A stretch of DNA of 64,000 nucleotides from Takakia lepidozioides (Eukaryota; Plantae; Bryophyta). The translations under genes and the position numbers were made by a program. The stretch spans positions 31,372,001-31,436,000 of the forward strand of contig CM060731.1 in the NCBI GenBank assembly GCA_030704615.1, in the 5' to 3' direction. A model generated the notes under the pieces. The model was not told the DNA's origin and did not search any database. It saw nothing but the letters and a program-made list of their open reading frames with translations. Shown here in pieces: positions 62,678 to 64,000 of the stretch (positions within the stretch are counted from its first letter, which is position 1; each line of letters starts with the position of its first letter).

Positions 62678-64000
62678 TCAGCCTGGCATATGCATCATAA
62701 TGCCGCGCTGGTAGCCCTGCCTTGAGAGGGTGGGCAACTTTTTGACAGCAATAATGCAGGCCAATAGAGCAGATACAGAGGCCAAACCAAAGGCAGGCTC
62801 ATTCCCTCCTCCAAATACAGCATCCCAGGGCCCAGCTCCGAGTGCCACCACTGTCTGAGGGATCACAACGGCCAGATTAAGAATCCCCATAGCCAAACCT
62901 TGACCTGCATCAGCATCAGCAGTCAAGTCTGCTGTCAATGAATAAGGAACACTGTATGTCACGGCGAGCGGGAAGCCAAGAATAGTAAAGAGGATGATTG
63001 CAGCTACTCTGACCCAGCTGGGGTGGAGGTAAATTCTCTGGTCCCCTCTATATGCCACTTTCACTGCTGATGCTGTGATAATAGCAGTGCATGCCATGGC
63101 CATAAATACAACGAAATTTCCCAAGGCCCACAAATTCTTTGCCCCAAGCTGGCGACACAGTGGATCTATGAACAGGGAGCTGACAAACAGCACTACTGAA
63201 TTGAGGAGTAAGCCGAGAGCTCCTTCTTGAACTCCGCGCTGATAGGAGGAGACCTTCAAGATATCACCCTTGGGGTCGCCTTGATAGACCTCACGACCCA
63301 TCCAATCAGTGTCGAAGAGGAAGAAAGGGAACCAGGATAACCAGCACAGTGCCATGACCAAAAGCACACTCTGCATGGAAGGAGGCAACTTCCTTATGCT
63401 CATCAAAAGGTTCACAACGATAGCCCCCGGTCCATTACCCATGCCTTTGAAGTCCGTGCTCTGTCGGTGCACTATTTCTCTTACACCTTCGTGCGTGTGC
63501 ACTACATTTTCGGTCTGGCTGGACCCATTCTGTTGGTGCAGGTCAACAGAAACCATTGCGAAATCGTGCAATGTCCCATTGCCCTGCTCATGGAATAATA
63601 GACGAACTGAGTCCTCTTGACGTTTGCTCTCATCAAACTCCCCTTCATCAGCCTTCTTCTCAATTGAATCTTTCTTTCCTAAAAACAATGGGGTCTCGTG
63701 AGCAGACACCAAAGTCACAACTGTGCAAACCGTCAGGAATACAACAGCCAAGAGGAAGGCAGCCTTTAGGTTTGCACAAGCCTCACAACAAGCTTTGCTT
63801 TCAAGCGTTGGAAACCATTTGTGCCATTTTCCAAAGGCACCTGTCGAAAACCCAAGAATGTTACCCACGGCCATCCACAAGCAGAAGATCGCATTTGCGG
63901 CATTCCTCTGGTCGGAACCCGAGAGATCAGCTAACAGTGCACGAGCTGGGCCCTGCACTGTATTATTCGCCAGATCTAGCAACCAAAACCCTAGAATAAA
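62678..64000 (-). CDS. SUT2: Sucrose/H+ symporter, SUT2/SUC3 (type IIA)-like, 5' end outside the window
   Basis: LDLANNTVQGPARALLADL, CCEACANLKAAF, extended central loop, WFPFFLFDTDWMGREVY, GQGLAMGILNLAVVIPQ and GPWDAVFGGGN; open without introns to the window edge. Confidence 0.93.
   Translation of the reverse strand, partial: FILGFWLLDLANNTVQGPARALLADLSGSDQRNAANAIFCLWMAVGNILGFSTGAFGKWHKWFPTLESKACCEACANLKAAFLLAVVFLTVCTVVTLVSAHETPLFLGKKDSIEKKADEGEFDESKRQEDSVRLLFHEQGNGTLHDFAMVSVDLHQQNGSSQTENVVHTHEGVREIVHRQSTDFKGMGNGPGAIVVNLLMSIRKLPPSMQSVLLVMALCWLSWFPFFLFDTDWMGREVYQGDPKGDILKVSSYQRGVQEGALGLLLNSVVLFVSSLFIDPLCRQLGAKNLWALGNFVVFMAMACTAIITASAVKVAYRGDQRIYLHPSWVRVAAIILFTILGFPLAVTYSVPYSLTADLTADADAGQGLAMGILNLAVVIPQTVVALGAGPWDAVFGGGNEPAFGLASVSALLACIIAVKKLPTLSRQGYQRGIMMHMPG

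Overview
Eukaryotic land-plant nuclear DNA, most consistent with a bryophyte-grade (moss-like) genome; this is inferred from the PPR style and repeat families. The window is dominated by nested, decayed transposons. It has three clear host genes, all on the minus strand: a PLS-class PPR RNA-editing factor with an intact array but a decayed DYW deaminase (33233-35266), a 7-exon class-I glutamine amidotransferase/peptidase C26 (56172-59348), and an intronless SUT2-type sucrose transporter that runs off the right edge. The most unusual structure is a ~12.4 kb unit (9710-22080) combining a hAT transposase, an intronless divergent protein kinase and a RING-H2 protein with a C-terminal SUMO-interaction-like motif. 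Each of the three genes is preceded by the same TGCGACCACC-N5-7-GGTGGTCGCA palindrome (as ~52-bp-period arrays for the two cargo genes) and by a related TATA/CT-rich core promoter. This suggests a cargo-carrying hAT with its own regulatory module. Also present: Dualen/RandI-like LINE debris carrying chromodomain-like and PCIF1-like methyltransferase motifs plus RNase H; a (GA)n-flanked LINE with a 2-kb internal inversion; CACTA elements; MITEs; and a tRNA-derived SINE.
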